This document shows positions 11,900-25,350 of a stretch of 45,307 nucleotides of DNA, one piece after another. Source of the DNA: Octopus bimaculoides (Eukaryota); NCBI RefSeq assembly GCF_001194135.2, contig NC_068984.1, positions 77,398,051 to 77,443,357 of the forward strand, given 5' to 3'. The position numbers and the translations under genes are program-made. Position 1 is the stretch's first letter; each line of letters opens with the position of its first letter. Under the pieces are notes generated by a model. That model saw only the letters and a program-made list of their open reading frames with translations, was not told where the DNA came from and did not search any database.

Positions 11900-12071
11900 G
11901 TGGTAAATCAATTAAATCGACCCCAGTGTTCAACTGGTACTTATTTTATCGACCACGAAAGGATGAAAAGTAAAACTGACTTCAGCGAAATTTGAACTCA
12001 CAGCGTAAAGACGGACGAAATGCTGCTAAGCATTTTGCCCGGCGTGCTAACGATTCTGCCAGCTCGCCGCC
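11900..12071 (-). mobile_element. SINE family B
   Basis: Reverse complement of the ggcggcgagctggcagaatcgttagcacgccggg head plus core. Confidence 0.85.
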
Positions 12072-12311
12072 AGACATCTAGGGCAAAATTGAACAAAAGT
12101 AGAAATTCAATAAATTAATCGCCAACAAAGAAATCTCATAAGCCAGAGAGTATCTTTACACCGACGTTTCACCTAAAATTGACAATGATATATTCCCTTG
12201 AACGGTAGTCTTAGATAACAATAAATAATATAGTCATAGATGTAGAACAATGAGATGGTCCTGACTGAAATACTTTGATCATAGGTCCTGCCAATATTTA
12301 CTATAGATAAC

Positions 12312-12528
12312 GTGGCGAGCTGGCAGAATCGTTAGCAAGCCGGTCAAAATACTTAGCGAAATTTTATCCGTCTTTACGTTCCGAGTTCAAAATCTACCAA
12401 GGTTGTCTCTACCTTATACCCTTCGGAATTTATAGAACAAGTACCAGCTGAGCACTATTACCGATGTAATCGACTCACCCCGGTACACCGAAATTGCAGG
12501 CCTAGTGCCAAAATTTGAAATCAATATT
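12312..12528 (+). mobile_element. SINE family B
   Basis: gtggcgagctggcagaatcgttagc...gtgccaaaatttgaaatcaat. Confidence 0.8.
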
Positions 12529-14036
12529 TACTATAGACGTACTATAAACACGTGTAAGCCGTACTTTAATATGGATAGGCTACTTGCCGTTCCTCCTCTA
12601 CAAGCATCTGCTATAATTTGTGATAATAATGCTATTAAATACACACGTCTTTGCTTGTTTTTGTTACAAAAGAAATATGAAGCTGTTTGATAAAAAATAT
12701 GAATCCATATTCAGATTTTGTGTAAATGTTTTTATATTCCTTCCAATGTTAGCTAAACAGATATTCAAAACTGGACCTATCCTTTGCCCTGTGATTGTAG
12801 AATAAAATTATTATGTTTAATGCTTTTTCACTGTATTTTAAGTAGGTTTTCATTATTTTCATAGTTTATTCATTGAATTTATTTATTCTTTTCTTTCTTT
12901 ACAGGGCCTTTTTTTTTTGTTTTAGTTTATCCTATTAAAGACAGAAAATTTCAGAAGAAATCACTCCCGTCAACGATGATCGTTAAATGGTATTATAGCA
13001 GCATCGCAGCGTTGTAGTTCTCTTGATTTCTGTGTTGCTTTGTTGCTGTTTTAACGTTATCTCTCTTGTACCTTTCATTTCATTTGTCTCACACTGCATG
13101 ACGTCGAATTAATGATTTACTGTAGTGAAATCTATGCACGAAATCTAATGACAAGTTCTTCAACTATTGATGTGAAATCCCACTTAAGGTAGTACTAAAA
13201 CGCAAGTTGTTTCTATCAGGGCTCAAAAACGCGCTCACTCAATATGGTATATCGAGCATCCAGTCGGTTCGAATCTCAAGATTTAAGTAATCTATTTTAT
13301 TCCTTAGCTCAAAAGTGGAGAAAAAAACTAAAGATTTCTAAAGACTTAAACCACATATCTACGTATATTGAACTTAAATCTATGAAATATGACTTTTAGG
13401 TGTATATGAGTATATTCTTATATGCGTATATTTATTATTCTTTTGTATATTTGCATGCATATGGCGTATAAATGCTCACACACACAGTCCTCAATGTTTC
13501 GATTTTCATACCCCTCGAAATTTAGAAAGCTAAAAGAATACGAATTTCAAGAGGAATTTGGAGGTCTGTCTATTTACACATTTTATCTAGACTAATGCAT
13601 GAGCATCATGAAATACGTGTTATTCATAATTGTTTTATCCTCACTAGTATTAGCAACATAACGTGGTCGGTAAGAATTTTTAACATAAATTTTTTTTATT
13701 TCAAAAGAGTTGAACTTTTTTCTTTCTCTTGATTTTTAATACAAGATAAGCCGGAATTTTATAAAATTCCCCGATGCGCCATGTTGTTACATGGATTGAG
13801 AACCGCTGATAAAGATAAAGATATCTGTAAATTACATATAATAGAAAGCAACGTGTTTCACAAGGCGGTTACNNNNNNNNNNNNNNNNNNNNNNNNNNNN
13901 NNNNNNNNNNNNNNNNNNNNNNNNNNNNNNNNNNNNNNNNNNNNNNNNNNNNNNNNNNNNNNNNNNNNNNNNNNNNNTGTAGTGATAGGTTTTACTCTGA
14001 AATTGTAACTTTTCATTGTAAATTTTATGAAATTCG

Positions 14037-14077
<41 letters not shown>

Positions 14078-14109
14078 CTCTTACTTATTTCTCCAAGTAA
14101 AGGAGAATC

Positions 14110-15617
14110 TATTTCACATGCACTCAACAGATTAGACTGTTGGAAAAGAAAAAAATTCTAACATCGGACTACAACAAGTAACCTTAGTTGCCAAGAACCT
14201 TCCCAAGTATCCTACCTGTCCCTAATAACACTTTCCTGTAGTTGTACTAAACTGGCTTTTATGTCTATTTCCTCTCTCCACCTGTTCAGATCTTTAGTGA
14301 TAGTTCCCAATGCACCTATAACTACAGGGATACAGTTCACCCGCACTTTCCATAGACTTTGTAATTCAGTGGTTAGGTCTTGATAGTTTGCTATTTTTTC
14401 TATACCTCTCATATTGGTTTTTTCATCATTTGGGACTGTAAAGTCAATTATCTGACACTTTTTATCTCTTTATTTACTACTACTACTACTACTACTACCA
14501 AATCAGGCCTTCTAGCTTTTATTAGTCGGTCAATCTGAATGTTAAAGTCCCACAACATCTTGTATTCCTTACTTTCTAGTACTTCACCAGGTTTATGTTC
14601 ATACAATTATTAGCATGTTCAAATCTTAGCTTCTCTACATAACTCCCAGTGGATTACTCTCCTTAGGTTGTCATGCCTTTTCTTGTATTCTTTCTGTGCC
14701 AGCATGCTACATACACTTACTATATAAGTAACGCTTTCCTCTTTTGATTTGCATAATCTACATTGGGAATCTACTTGGTCTTTTGTCTATCTTGGCTTTT
14801 ATCCAATTAATGCTTGATCATGTGCAGCTACTAACAAACTTTGTTTCCCTTTTCAGCTTTCCTTTCTGCAACTATGTGCTGCAAATATATTTGGGAATCT
14901 ACCATGCAACGCCTTCTCCTGCCAGTCAGATAATTTTTGTTGTTTTTTCTGGTTTTTAACTTCGTTTGGGTTTTTTGGTTTCCCTATGTTTTGCTGCGAC
15001 TCTCGCAGCTTTTAATAAACTTTCTTCACTATTACTACATAGGAGACTATATCTACTCTAGCTAACTCCACACAGTCTTCTACTGACATTAACCCTCTTC
15101 CGCCTTCCTTTCTAGGTAAGTATAATCTTGCTACTCCTACCCTTGGGTGTAGTCCTCCATTCATATCGAATTCCTTCCTAGTTCTTCTGTCTAGCTTTGC
15201 TAATTCAGTTTTTGTTCGATCTATAAAAGCTGCTGAGTATCATAGTAATGATGCTGCCCAAGTATTTACAGCCTTCACTAGATTTGGGCCATTTAGCTTT
15301 AACTTCATTAGCTTCCTCACCCTTCTGATGTACTCCTCAGTTTTCGTTTTCATTTCCATATTTAGTACTGTCAGATTCTAATACTCCTAGACAATTACAA
15401 CTCTCCCCTCCTTTCAATGCCTGGCCATCTGGTACTTGGATGCCTTCGCACTTGACTACCTGTTCCTTTCTCATGACTAATATTACACACTTATCTATGC
15501 CAAATTCCATGTCTGTATCTTTGTTGAAGAGTCTTACAACCTGTATTAAGGAATCTAATTTTTTTTGCATTCTTACTAAAAAGTTTCAGATCATCCATGT
15601 AGAGAAAATTGTTAACT
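14110..15617 (-). mobile_element. 5'-truncated, decayed RLE-type non-LTR retrotransposon (R4/Dong-like)
   Basis: RT motif FLYMDDLKLF at ~15580-15610, followed by MEFGIDKC...LGVLES. The C-terminal endonuclease region reads EKIANYQDLTTELQSLWKVRVNCIPVVIGALGTI. Many stops and frameshifts. Confidence 0.85.
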
Positions 15618-15619
15618 GG

Positions 15620-15659
15620 TTATGGCTGCTGTTGTTGTTATTATGATTATTGTTGTTGC

Positions 15660-15690
<31 letters not shown>

Positions 15691-15735
15691 GGTGGCGGCC
15701 NNNNNNNNNNTGATGGTGTTGTTGTTGTTGTTGGA
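15620..15735. repeat. Degenerate (GTT/GGT)n trinucleotide tract
   Basis: Visible directly in the sequence. It separates two LINE fragments. Confidence 0.9.
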
Positions 15736-15759
15736 CTCCCTATCGCCCTATCGCCGCTT

Positions 15760-16190
15760 CAACAAATGGGAGTTCAGCAGCGCATAGCTGCACAACGTTC
15801 TCAGTTCGATGCTTTGCCTGAATGTTTTACACTTTGCTTCAGACGTTGCGATAGTAGTCAACTGGAGGAAGAAAGAAATTGGATTTGGCTCAATGCTGGA
15901 TTCAATTGTCCTTTGCGGTGATGATTCTGGTTGTCACAAGTTCAGAGAGAACTTGGTAGCACGAGATAGATTCTCCACCGAACTCTACTTAGTGCTACCA
16001 ATTCCCATGTTCTCAGATTTATCATGCTGATTTTCCAGCAGGTCTTTAGTGGGTCCTTACAACGGAGCAGTGGGAAGCATTGGTGCCTGGCACCAGAGCT
16101 AAGCCTACCATAAAAGGGTACTTTGGTCAAATGACTGTCTTCCATGCGTCATACATGATCAACTCACCTTACTTGAACCTTAATAAGGAA
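15760..16190 (-). mobile_element. RTE-clade LINE 3' fragment
   Basis: MEDSHLTKVPFYGRLSSGARHQCFPLLRCKDPLKTCWKISMINLRTWELVALSRVRWR resembles the RTE C-terminus (RMxDxRxPKxxxYGELxxGxRxxGxPxxRxKD...WExLAxDRxxWR). Confidence 0.7.
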
Positions 16191-17554
16191 CCACTCTCTA
16201 CCTAGTATGTCGCATATTTCATTGAGACAGCTTTTTCTAAATAATCTTTGAACGTACATAAATACATAACACACACACATGTCTAGATAATGTGTGTGTG
16301 TGTGTGTGTGCGTGTGGTTCAAGGTTCAATCGCACTGTGGTACGTTGGACAACTGATTTCTGCCTTAGCCTCAGGTAAACCATGTTTTGTGAGTGGCATT
16401 AGATCAACAGAAACTATGGAGTAACTCGTGGTACATACATGCATACATACATACACACTTTCATACATACAAACATGCATACATACATACATATATACAT
16501 GCATACACATACAACACACACACACACGTACATAATTACATACATATATATAAGTATGTTTGTGTGTGTGTCCAAAAATACATACATTACATATATATAT
16601 ACATACATTACATACATATATATATGTGTGTGTACCACCTGTCCTCGTCTGTTGTTTTTTTCGTAAATTCTCCCATATATATATATATATATACATATAT
16701 ATATGTTAAAATATAGATATGCAGGGCAGGGAATCATCAATTAGTAATAAAATTAATAATTAACAATTCTGCCGGGTAGCTCAGTATGAAAAAAACCTTC
16801 TTCGGTAAATAATTTATAATTATAAATATATAGGGATTGACAGTAACCTGCTTCTCCAACATACTGAGAATTTATAATACATATATATATGTATAGGCGT
16901 CAATCTGTGTCCTTTGATCCTCGGTGAAAGTCGTTGCCAGAAATGTCTGAAACACTTCCAACGGTATACGAACTCAATAAACTTTTCTCTTGCATACGTA
17001 TGTGTATGCCCTGCGTGTGTGTGCGTGTGCGTGTCCGTGTGTGCGTGTGTGTGTCCGTGTGTGTATGTGTGTGGTGTTTGTGTGTGTGTGCGTGTGTGTA
17101 CATCAGCGAAAAATAAATCCATTTATTAGAAATTTGTTGATAAAACAGTCGTGTTCAAAAGAAAATATCTTCTGATATATATTCAGTGCAGGCTACACAA
17201 ACGCTCCCTTGTCATTTATCCTTTTCATTGAGCACTGATTATCTCGCTACGAACCTGCTCACAAAATGCAGATATACAACTTGAAAATGATATTTTGCAG
17301 TTAATATACTGTGTGTCTGTGTGTGTAAAGAGAGAGTTACTGAGATTATGTCTATATCTATCTCATCTATTTCTATCTAATCTATCTCTATATATGTGTG
17401 TGCGAGTGTATAATGTATATGTGTGTACTTATATAAATATAAACATATACATATGCATATATGTATTGTATATATATGTATGTATGTATGTATGTATATA
17501 TATAGTTTTAGAGAAAAGAACCAAAGTTCATGAACTAATCCATGAAAATCCACA

Positions 17555-17597
<43 letters not shown>

Positions 17598-19711
17598 TAT
17601 GTATGCAAGCATGTGTGCACTTGGTAACTTTTTCACATTCACATTTTCATATTTTCATCATCCTCACTTACCATTGTGATGAGCTTAGCGGAATATTATG
17701 GTAGTACTGTAAACTGGCTTATTTAATAATAAACATATTCAGTGTACATCATTTTGTACGTATGTACAAAAATGATGTACATACATACATGCATACATAC
17801 ATACATACATACATACACACTAGGATCCTCGGGCTCAGATGATGAATTATTATAAGTGAGTGAGATATAATATATAGCATCCAATACAGCAGACGCACCT
17901 TTTAACTCTTTATACATGTCTGGCCTTACTCGAAAACAACTACAGCGAAACTGTTAAGATTCTATAAGATTGAAATAGAGAGCCATCAAATCTAAGACCG
18001 ACCTGCGAATTATAATTTCAAGGTTGTTTTCAAGACAAGCCTAATTTTGTTTTTATTTAAATAAACATAGACTCCGAATAATATCAAAAATTTATATTAA
18101 TACCACTGGGGAATTAAATAATTCAATATTTCCTTTGAACGAAAGTTTATACGAAAAATATGTTATTAAATTTATTTATTGATTTATGAAAAACCATACT
18201 TTGCCTTCTTTCAATTCATTTATTGTTGCCCCATATGGTACTTTAAGCAATTTTACTAAACTACTAGAGCAATATATTTATTTCCTCTTATATTTAAAGA
18301 ATTTTTTTTTCTTCATATAAACTGGTGCGTATATTCTGTCTTAATTATTCGAAAATAAAACCAGTTTCTAGGAAAGATGTAATCAACTGCAAGCTGATTA
18401 TCATGATTCTATTCAACGCAACTCTAAACATATATATTTCTATTAAATTTATTATAAATACTTGATTTCTTTTGAATCGTTAGTTTCACGTTCATTCATG
18501 TTTGTAATTGCAAGAGATGTGATCATGTGGTCTATTGTAACGTTCTCGTATTTTCCAAAGGGATTAACGTTAAAAGAACTAAATAAAATTCCTTGAACAA
18601 GAAAAAAAGACCCCCAGCATGCTGTCGTCGTCTCCCAAGATCATATTTTGTAAATCGCCATACAGATAACAGAATCGTCATAAATATTAGCTTCTTAAAG
18701 AAACCACAAAAATTGTTTACATGTTGGAAACTGAATGCAAAGGGAAGTATTAGACTTATCACTTTCCTAAAGGCATTAAAGAAATGAAAGTCTTACAAAA
18801 TGCTTGTTTCGTGATACTTGGCACTCTACAAATGCATTATGAAGACTGAAATTTTATTTACTTTTTTTATTAAATTCATCTCTTTTCTTTCCCTCAATAT
18901 CAATGGAACGTTACTTATTTAACCCCATATTATAGATATAATATAAAGCAGTTCTTGACATCACCGTTAGAGCCATATGAATTGATCGGGACGGACAAAT
19001 GACCAGAGATTCTCCTCTTTTGCAGACTACCGATGTTTTTCAAGGAAAAGGTACATGTGCGTGTGTGCACGCGCGCGTGCGTGAGCGAGTGCATATACGC
19101 ATTTGGTTTTACTAACTAGAGAAAGTGAACTCAAAATGTAAGGCAGAGTGTATATACATTTTATTTACTGAGAGATTGTAATAGGAAAAACTCGATGTCC
19201 TGGGAGTTGTATTCCTAGTGCTATGACGAAGTTCTGATATTAAAAAACAAGTGCTGTTTCTATAGTGTTTGAAATGAGACGATTTTAGTATGACACTCCA
19301 AACCGTTGAGCCAATCCTGTGTAAACATCATGTAATATAAGATTATGTACACGTATATGTGTATGTGCGTGTGTGTGCACATGTGTGTGTATGTGACTGG
19401 AAAAATAATAATTAAAAGATGAGCTATTCTTTTTTACACTGCAGTTATTTATTTCCAAAGTATATCATTACAATCAAATGATTTCAAAATACAATGAAAT
19501 GCATTAGAAAACAGATTATCACAATCAAATTATTTCACATTATTATTACATCTTCCAAAATATCACATCATATCCAAAGCACATTACTAAAATCAAATTA
19601 TTTCAAGATTATGTATTCCAAAATATATAATTATAATATTGTTTTTCCATGTCTACCGACATGTGCGGGTTATTTTAAACATTTTGATTTATGTATATGT
19701 ATATGTGTTTT

Positions 19712-19748
<37 letters not shown>

Positions 19749-19749
<1 letters not shown>

Positions 19750-20160
19750 GGTGCAGGCGTAGCTGTGTGGTAAGAAGTGCTTGCTTCCCAGTCACATGGT
19801 TCCAGGTTCAGTCTTACTGCCCGGTACCTTGGGCAAGTGTCTTCTACTATAGAGTCGGGCCGACCAAAGACTTGTGAGTGAATTTGGTAGACGGAAACTG
19901 AAAGTAGCCCGTCGTATATATATGTATATATATTTTTGTGTGTCTGTGTGTGTTTGTGCTTGTGCTCCCACCACTGCTTGACAACCGGTGTTGGTGTGTT
20001 TTCGTCTCTGTAACTTAATGCTTTGACAAAAGAGACCGATAGAATAAGTACTAGATTTAAAAAGTAAGTCCTAGGGTCGATTTGTTCGACTTAAACCCTC
20101 TAAGGCGATGCTCCATCATGGCCGCAGTCAAATGACTGAAACAAATAAATGAATAAAAGA
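19749..20160 (+). mobile_element. SINE family A, full length
   Basis: Complete head, core, microsatellite and tail. Confidence 0.87.
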
Positions 20161-20176
20161 ATTATTTATATATATA

Positions 20177-20384
20177 CTTTTCTAATCTAGGCACAAAGCT
20201 CGAAATTTTAGGGGAGGGGGTCAATCGATTAGATCGACTCCAGTATGCAACTGGTACGTCATTTATCGACCCCGAAAGATGAAAGGCATAATCGACCTCG
20301 GTGGAATTTGAACTCAAAACGTAAAGACGGACGAAATACTGCTAAGCATTTCGGTCGGCGTGCTAACGTTTCTGCCAGCTCGCC
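20177..20384 (-). mobile_element. SINE family B
   Basis: Head, core and a cccctcccctaaaatttcgagctttgtgcctag tail on the minus strand. Confidence 0.85.
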
Positions 20385-20489
20385 AATTTATGTATATATT
20401 TTGATGTGTTATAATGTATTTTGAAAAAAGTATCTCTGCCAATAATATTAATGTAGTTTAATAATTTTTATCCCCTATTACAGAGCGGG

Positions 20490-21320
20490 AGTTTTTAAGA
20501 TATAACATCAGATACAGCCTAGTAATTAGCACGATAGTAGTGGCCCCACAAGTCAACTCTGTGTTGAGAAACAATAGTAGTGAAGGGCGGAATATGTTAA
20601 TGAATCTCCTCTTTGCTGCAAGGCATGTTTCAGGTACACTAGAAGAGTTTCTCCACTTATTTAACTCCTCCTATGACGGAACTAAAACGGCTTTCGGAAA
20701 GGCAAGTCAATACTATCGCAGATGGTCGTCCTTAAAAGAATCAAAGAGAAGCTCGTAATCTCATAATAAATTATCATTATTGTGTCTGCGTATTTCTCCA
20801 ACGTATTTGATAGAAAGGCCATATTTCATATCCACTTTAACTACTGTTTCCAAGATGAAATTGTCTAAAACCATCACCATTAGGTATGAAAACCTATCAA
20901 GCTTTGCGAAAAGCACAGACGGTCTCCTAAATGCCTCTATCAACCGTAGGAGTACTTCAGGGAGCCATGCAAGCTCATTTTCTCTTTGCGATTGTGGTGG
21001 GCTACATCTTTAATCTATATCTTGATCACATCCAAAACATAGGCTTCGCTATCAGCAGAATCTGTATCTCTCTTACCTTGATGATCTTGCTCTCAAAACT
21101 CGTCAGTTGCACAGTGAGCAAAACTTGTTAGCATTTATTCAGAATGATGTAGTCAGAGCAAATCTATTTCACAATGTAAAGAAGACTGAATTTATGACTA
21201 TCAACGCGGTTCATAGTTACCGTATAATTTGTTTTATCGATGGAATACAGCTAAAGAGGTCAGTGACGTTAAGTACTTTGGTTTCTATGTTGCGGACAGT
21301 AAAAAAGATTTCATGACACG
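20490..21320 (+). mobile_element. Decayed LINE reverse-transcriptase fragment (RTE-like)
   Basis: Scattered RT motifs across frames: NGFRKGKSILSQMVVLKRIKE, VGVLQG, YLDDLAL, KYFGFYVADSKKDF. Confidence 0.7.
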
Positions 21321-21419
21321 TCAACTCGAGATGAAGTTTTCTGCCACTTCAACATCGCAGTTCTTTTGGCACTACCAATACATACATACATATGCACTCA
21401 TAATAAGAAGGAGTATTGT

Positions 21420-21800
21420 GGGAAAACTTCAATAAGGTGTAAAAATAATACACCTGACATAGTGATTTGGGACAAGACAAACTGTGTAGAGTAGTAGAAA
21501 TCAGCTACCCAGCAGATGTTAATATAAGACTAAAGACTAATAAAAAAGAAAATGCCTACGCTAAACGATTGAAAAGTCTACTATTACTCTACCCAGATTA
21601 CAAGTTCAGGTTTATATTTGTAATTATTGGGGCACTGGTGTATGTAACACACTGCCTAAGTACTAATCTTGAGAAACGAAGCTTCTCAAACCAGAAAGGG
21701 AAGAGCTGATTCGAAGACTACAGATCCAAGCCTCCACTGGAACTGTAAATATTTGTAATATTTTCCATGCATATAGTTGCATGTCTTTGCAGAAATGCAT
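21420..21800 (+). mobile_element. RLE-type non-LTR retrotransposon 3' fragment (restriction-like endonuclease domain)
   Basis: NNTPDIVIWD / CRVVEISYPADVNIRLKTNKKENAY...YPDYKFRFIFVIIGAL / LIRRLQIQASTGTV fits the PD..(D/E)...K-x-x-K-Y RLE signature. Confidence 0.7.
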
Positions 21801-21956
21801 TTATATACATACATGCAACGAAAAATATAAAGCTGCACATGCATTGATTCCAAATACATGCAAAAATACCATTGATGTTGTTGAAATTCCAATGATCTGA
21901 GTTAGAAACGGCCTCGTTCTCTACTGGCAAGAAACCTTGAAATAAAACTGAATAAT

Positions 21957-22410
21957 GACATACATACATACATACATACATACATACATACATACATACA
22001 TACATACATACACACACACATACACACGAGACTACTCCAATTGATTTTGTCTAAGTTCCAATGAAAATATCTTATATCGAAGCTAGATACCAGCTTCCTC
22101 TTTTGAGAAATTTGAAAAAAATCTAATCAGGAAAACACACATACTTCCGCTCACATACATACATACTTGCAAACATACATACATACATAATATATACATA
22201 CATACATACATACATAAGCACATACAAATATACATACATGCATTCATACACACATTCATAAATTCATCATACATACATACATACTTACATACATACATAC
22301 ATACATACATGCATACATACATACATACATAATACTTACATACATACATGCATACATACATACATACATACTTACATACATACATGCATACATACATGCA
22401 TACATACATG
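21957..22410. repeat. Two (CATA)n arrays around a ~120-bp spacer
   Basis: Arrays at 21957-22025 and ~22150-22410. Confidence 0.9.
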
Positions 22411-23631
22411 TCGATCTAGCTGATATCCAAATTCCAATGAAGTCTTGTTTTTATGATTGCGACCGATTTTAATAAATGAAAAATTTAAAAATCAAATCAA
22501 ACAGAAGCATGCATATACATATTTCCCCGCATACAATTATATATTAGTAAATCGTAGCAACAAAATCCATTTAATGCATAATGCATATGAGATTAATTAT
22601 TTAATGTATAAAGACATTATTTACTTAGGCACAAAGGGTTGTTTATTTAATGTGCATTACCACATAGAGAGACTTCGTAATATCTAAAAGTAAAACAGAG
22701 GATTGATTGAGTTGGCTAAATGCTTTTTCCAAGAAGAATTTGACCTTGTATTAGAAACGAACGAGCGCCTGACTAATTAGTGAACAGCGTTTAAGTGTCG
22801 TCTGTCTATATTCTGAATTATAAACCCTATTAGCTTTTGACTTGGTTTCTCTTCAGTCAGAGGACATGTGAGGGTCGATTAGAATATTAAAGATAAGTAT
22901 CAGTAATGTACGATGGCTGAGGTAATCGATTATTGATTTTATTATTAATATGTACTGTAAGGAGGAGAGCTGGCAGATTCTTTAGCGGGCCGTACAAAAT
23001 GCTCAATTATTGTGCACCAAGTGGATGGTGTGCTGGAAGCTACAGTTGTGCAAATTAGAAAGACCAATTTTGTTCTATTTAAGTGTATGAATGCTACAAA
23101 AAACATTAAACTACTATTCTCTCTAGTCAGGAAAATGACCAACTGTTCACTGATGGAACGGCAAAAGAAACTGAAACCCGCCAAATTAATCTCTGCTTTG
23201 CTGCTTAGAAAGAGAAAAATATGCAGTTCAGTTACAGTATTTTTCAAAGCGAGACTATAAGCGTGTTTATAGAACAACACCTCACCGTAAGTTTAGTGTT
23301 TTATTTGGTATTGGCAACTATTCAAAGGTCAGTAGTCCATCATATTTTGATATGGTTAGGAATATTTTTCTTTAAGGATTGTCATGTTTTTGCTCTTCCG
23401 CAGTGGTTTGAATAATCGGAAACATAAAACTTAGTACAGTGATTAAATAAGCTTTTTTGCAAATCATACAAACTCTATGTATTTAGTAATTTTCTTTCGT
23501 AAACAATCGTTTATCCATCAAACGGGCAATTAATCAATCAATCAATATGTGTTTTTGTGTCTGTGTATGGATAAGAGTGTCTGTGTATAAGCGATGTGTA
23601 TATTTGTATCTATGCATATATATGTTTATAG

Positions 23632-23707
<76 letters not shown>

Positions 23708-23959
23708 NNNNNNNNNNNNNNNNNNNNNNNNNNNNNNNNNNNNNNNNNNNNNNNNNNNNNNNNNNNNNNNNNNNNNNNNNNNNNNNNNNNNNNNNNNNNN
23801 NNNNNNNNNNNNNNNNNNNNNNNNNNNNNNNNNNNNNNNNNNNNNNNNNNNNNNNNNNNNNNNNNNNNNNNNNNNNNNNNNNNNNNNNNNNNNNNNNNNN
23901 NNNNNNNNNNNNNNNNNNNNNNNNNNNNNNNNNNNNNNNNNNNNNNNNNNNNNNNNNNN

Positions 23960-23990
<31 letters not shown>

Positions 23991-24529
23991 GTGATATACA
24001 TAGGCGTATATTTATGCATACTTATACATCAGAATATCAGAATATACATGAGTAAATACATGCGCATCTGTTTCCAGATATATGTACACACACATGCACA
24101 TATCACTCGCATGCGCGCATATAATATGTGTAGAATGACAATCTTTATATCCTATTTAACATGGATGTATAATTCGAATACCGAATACTGCGGTTTTCCC
24201 TTTGAGAGGCCCTCTCATTTAGATGTACGTTGCGAAGAGCATATACATATTTCGTAGCAGACGAGAACATCTTGGTATGGGCACCGGAACTGCTAGATTC
24301 AGTGGTTTCAGCGTACAGCACTTATTCAGTGGCAGCCGTCCGGTTGCCCGCATATCAGCCAAATCTCACTGCCAGCGATATATAAAATAATAACGATTTT
24401 TAATTCACCGATGTTGCAAGTAGCCGGTCTATCAAAACATAAATATTAGCGGCGGAAGAGTATTAAAACCGAATGGCAATCCTACTCATCGTTGATGTAT
24501 AATTACAACATATATATCTATATCTATAT

Positions 24530-25350
24530 ATATCTACTACATATAAGGGAAATTCTGTCTGTGGGTTTCTTTGTGGAGTTGTTAGCTAACTCCTCCCACA
24601 TCGTTTTATCGATTTTGATGAAACTTGGCACGTGAGTAGAACTCATGTCTGGAAACCTCATGGCATACTTAGATTGTTGAAAAAATATCGATAATAGGGC
24701 CCCTGGAAGGGATCCTTAGATATGTCTAATATATTTCATTTTAACAGTCAAAGGAAATAACCCGTTCATTTCCCTAAATCGTTTGGTGTAAATCAAATTG
24801 AGTATGCTTATTTCTTAGAATTGGAAATGTTAGTTATTTTCGCAATTTATCCAGTACAACCCATAAACAAGTAAATAGTATTTTCGTAAACAATAGATGC
24901 ACTTATTTCGGTTAGTGACTTATTCACGAATTAGTGACTTATTCACGAATTAGTGACTTATTCACGAACATACCAACACTAGCGCCGCAGGGAATGCGCA
25001 AAAGCCCTTTTCAGAGTTATTTACTTTGAATTGTTATTACCTCATATCTGATTAGCCTGTTATTGCGTAACATGCTTCACGATTTTAGTATACATACCTT
25101 ATTAGTATTTCTTCCTAAGTTCTATATACTCTGGGAACACATTAAAGCCCTTTTCGGGGCTACTTTATTTGAATTCTTACTATCAAGTAACTAATTTCAT
25201 GTTATTACATAACTGACTTCACAATTTGGGTATTCATAACTTATTGGGAATTCTTAAAAATAAGATCCTGTGTAAGAGAGCTCGGAATTCTCTGTAAATG
25301 CCCAAAAACCGTTTTAAGGGCTACATACTTTGTATTGTTGTTATTGGATT
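24530..25350 (+). mobile_element. Possible non-autonomous Helitron/Helentron-like element with internal tandem repeats
   Basis: It starts tatcTACTACATATAAGGGA..tctgtctgt..atcgattttgatgaaacttggcac, similar to the 5' ends of invertebrate non-autonomous Helitrons. It contains 19-bp and ~143-bp repeats. No clear CTRR 3' end was found. Confidence 0.4.
24912..24968 (+). repeat. Three perfect copies of the 19-mer ttagtgacttattcacgaa
   Basis: Units start at 24912, 24931 and 24950. Confidence 0.95.

Noticed and set aside
12755-12800. IFKTGPILCPVIV resembling the start of TM5; also cag|ggccttttt at 12904 resembling the GLF start of TM7
   Set aside because: No upstream CW/W residues, weak splice sites and immediate stops. 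The second is also on the wrong side of the TM6 exon.
13217-13780. Possible hAT-like remnant starting cagggctc
   Set aside because: No matching right TIR, TSD or coding motif was found.
24912-24968. Regular 19-bp direct repeats as a possible CRISPR array
   Set aside because: There are no spacers and no cas genes, and the context is eukaryotic. It is a simple tandem repeat.
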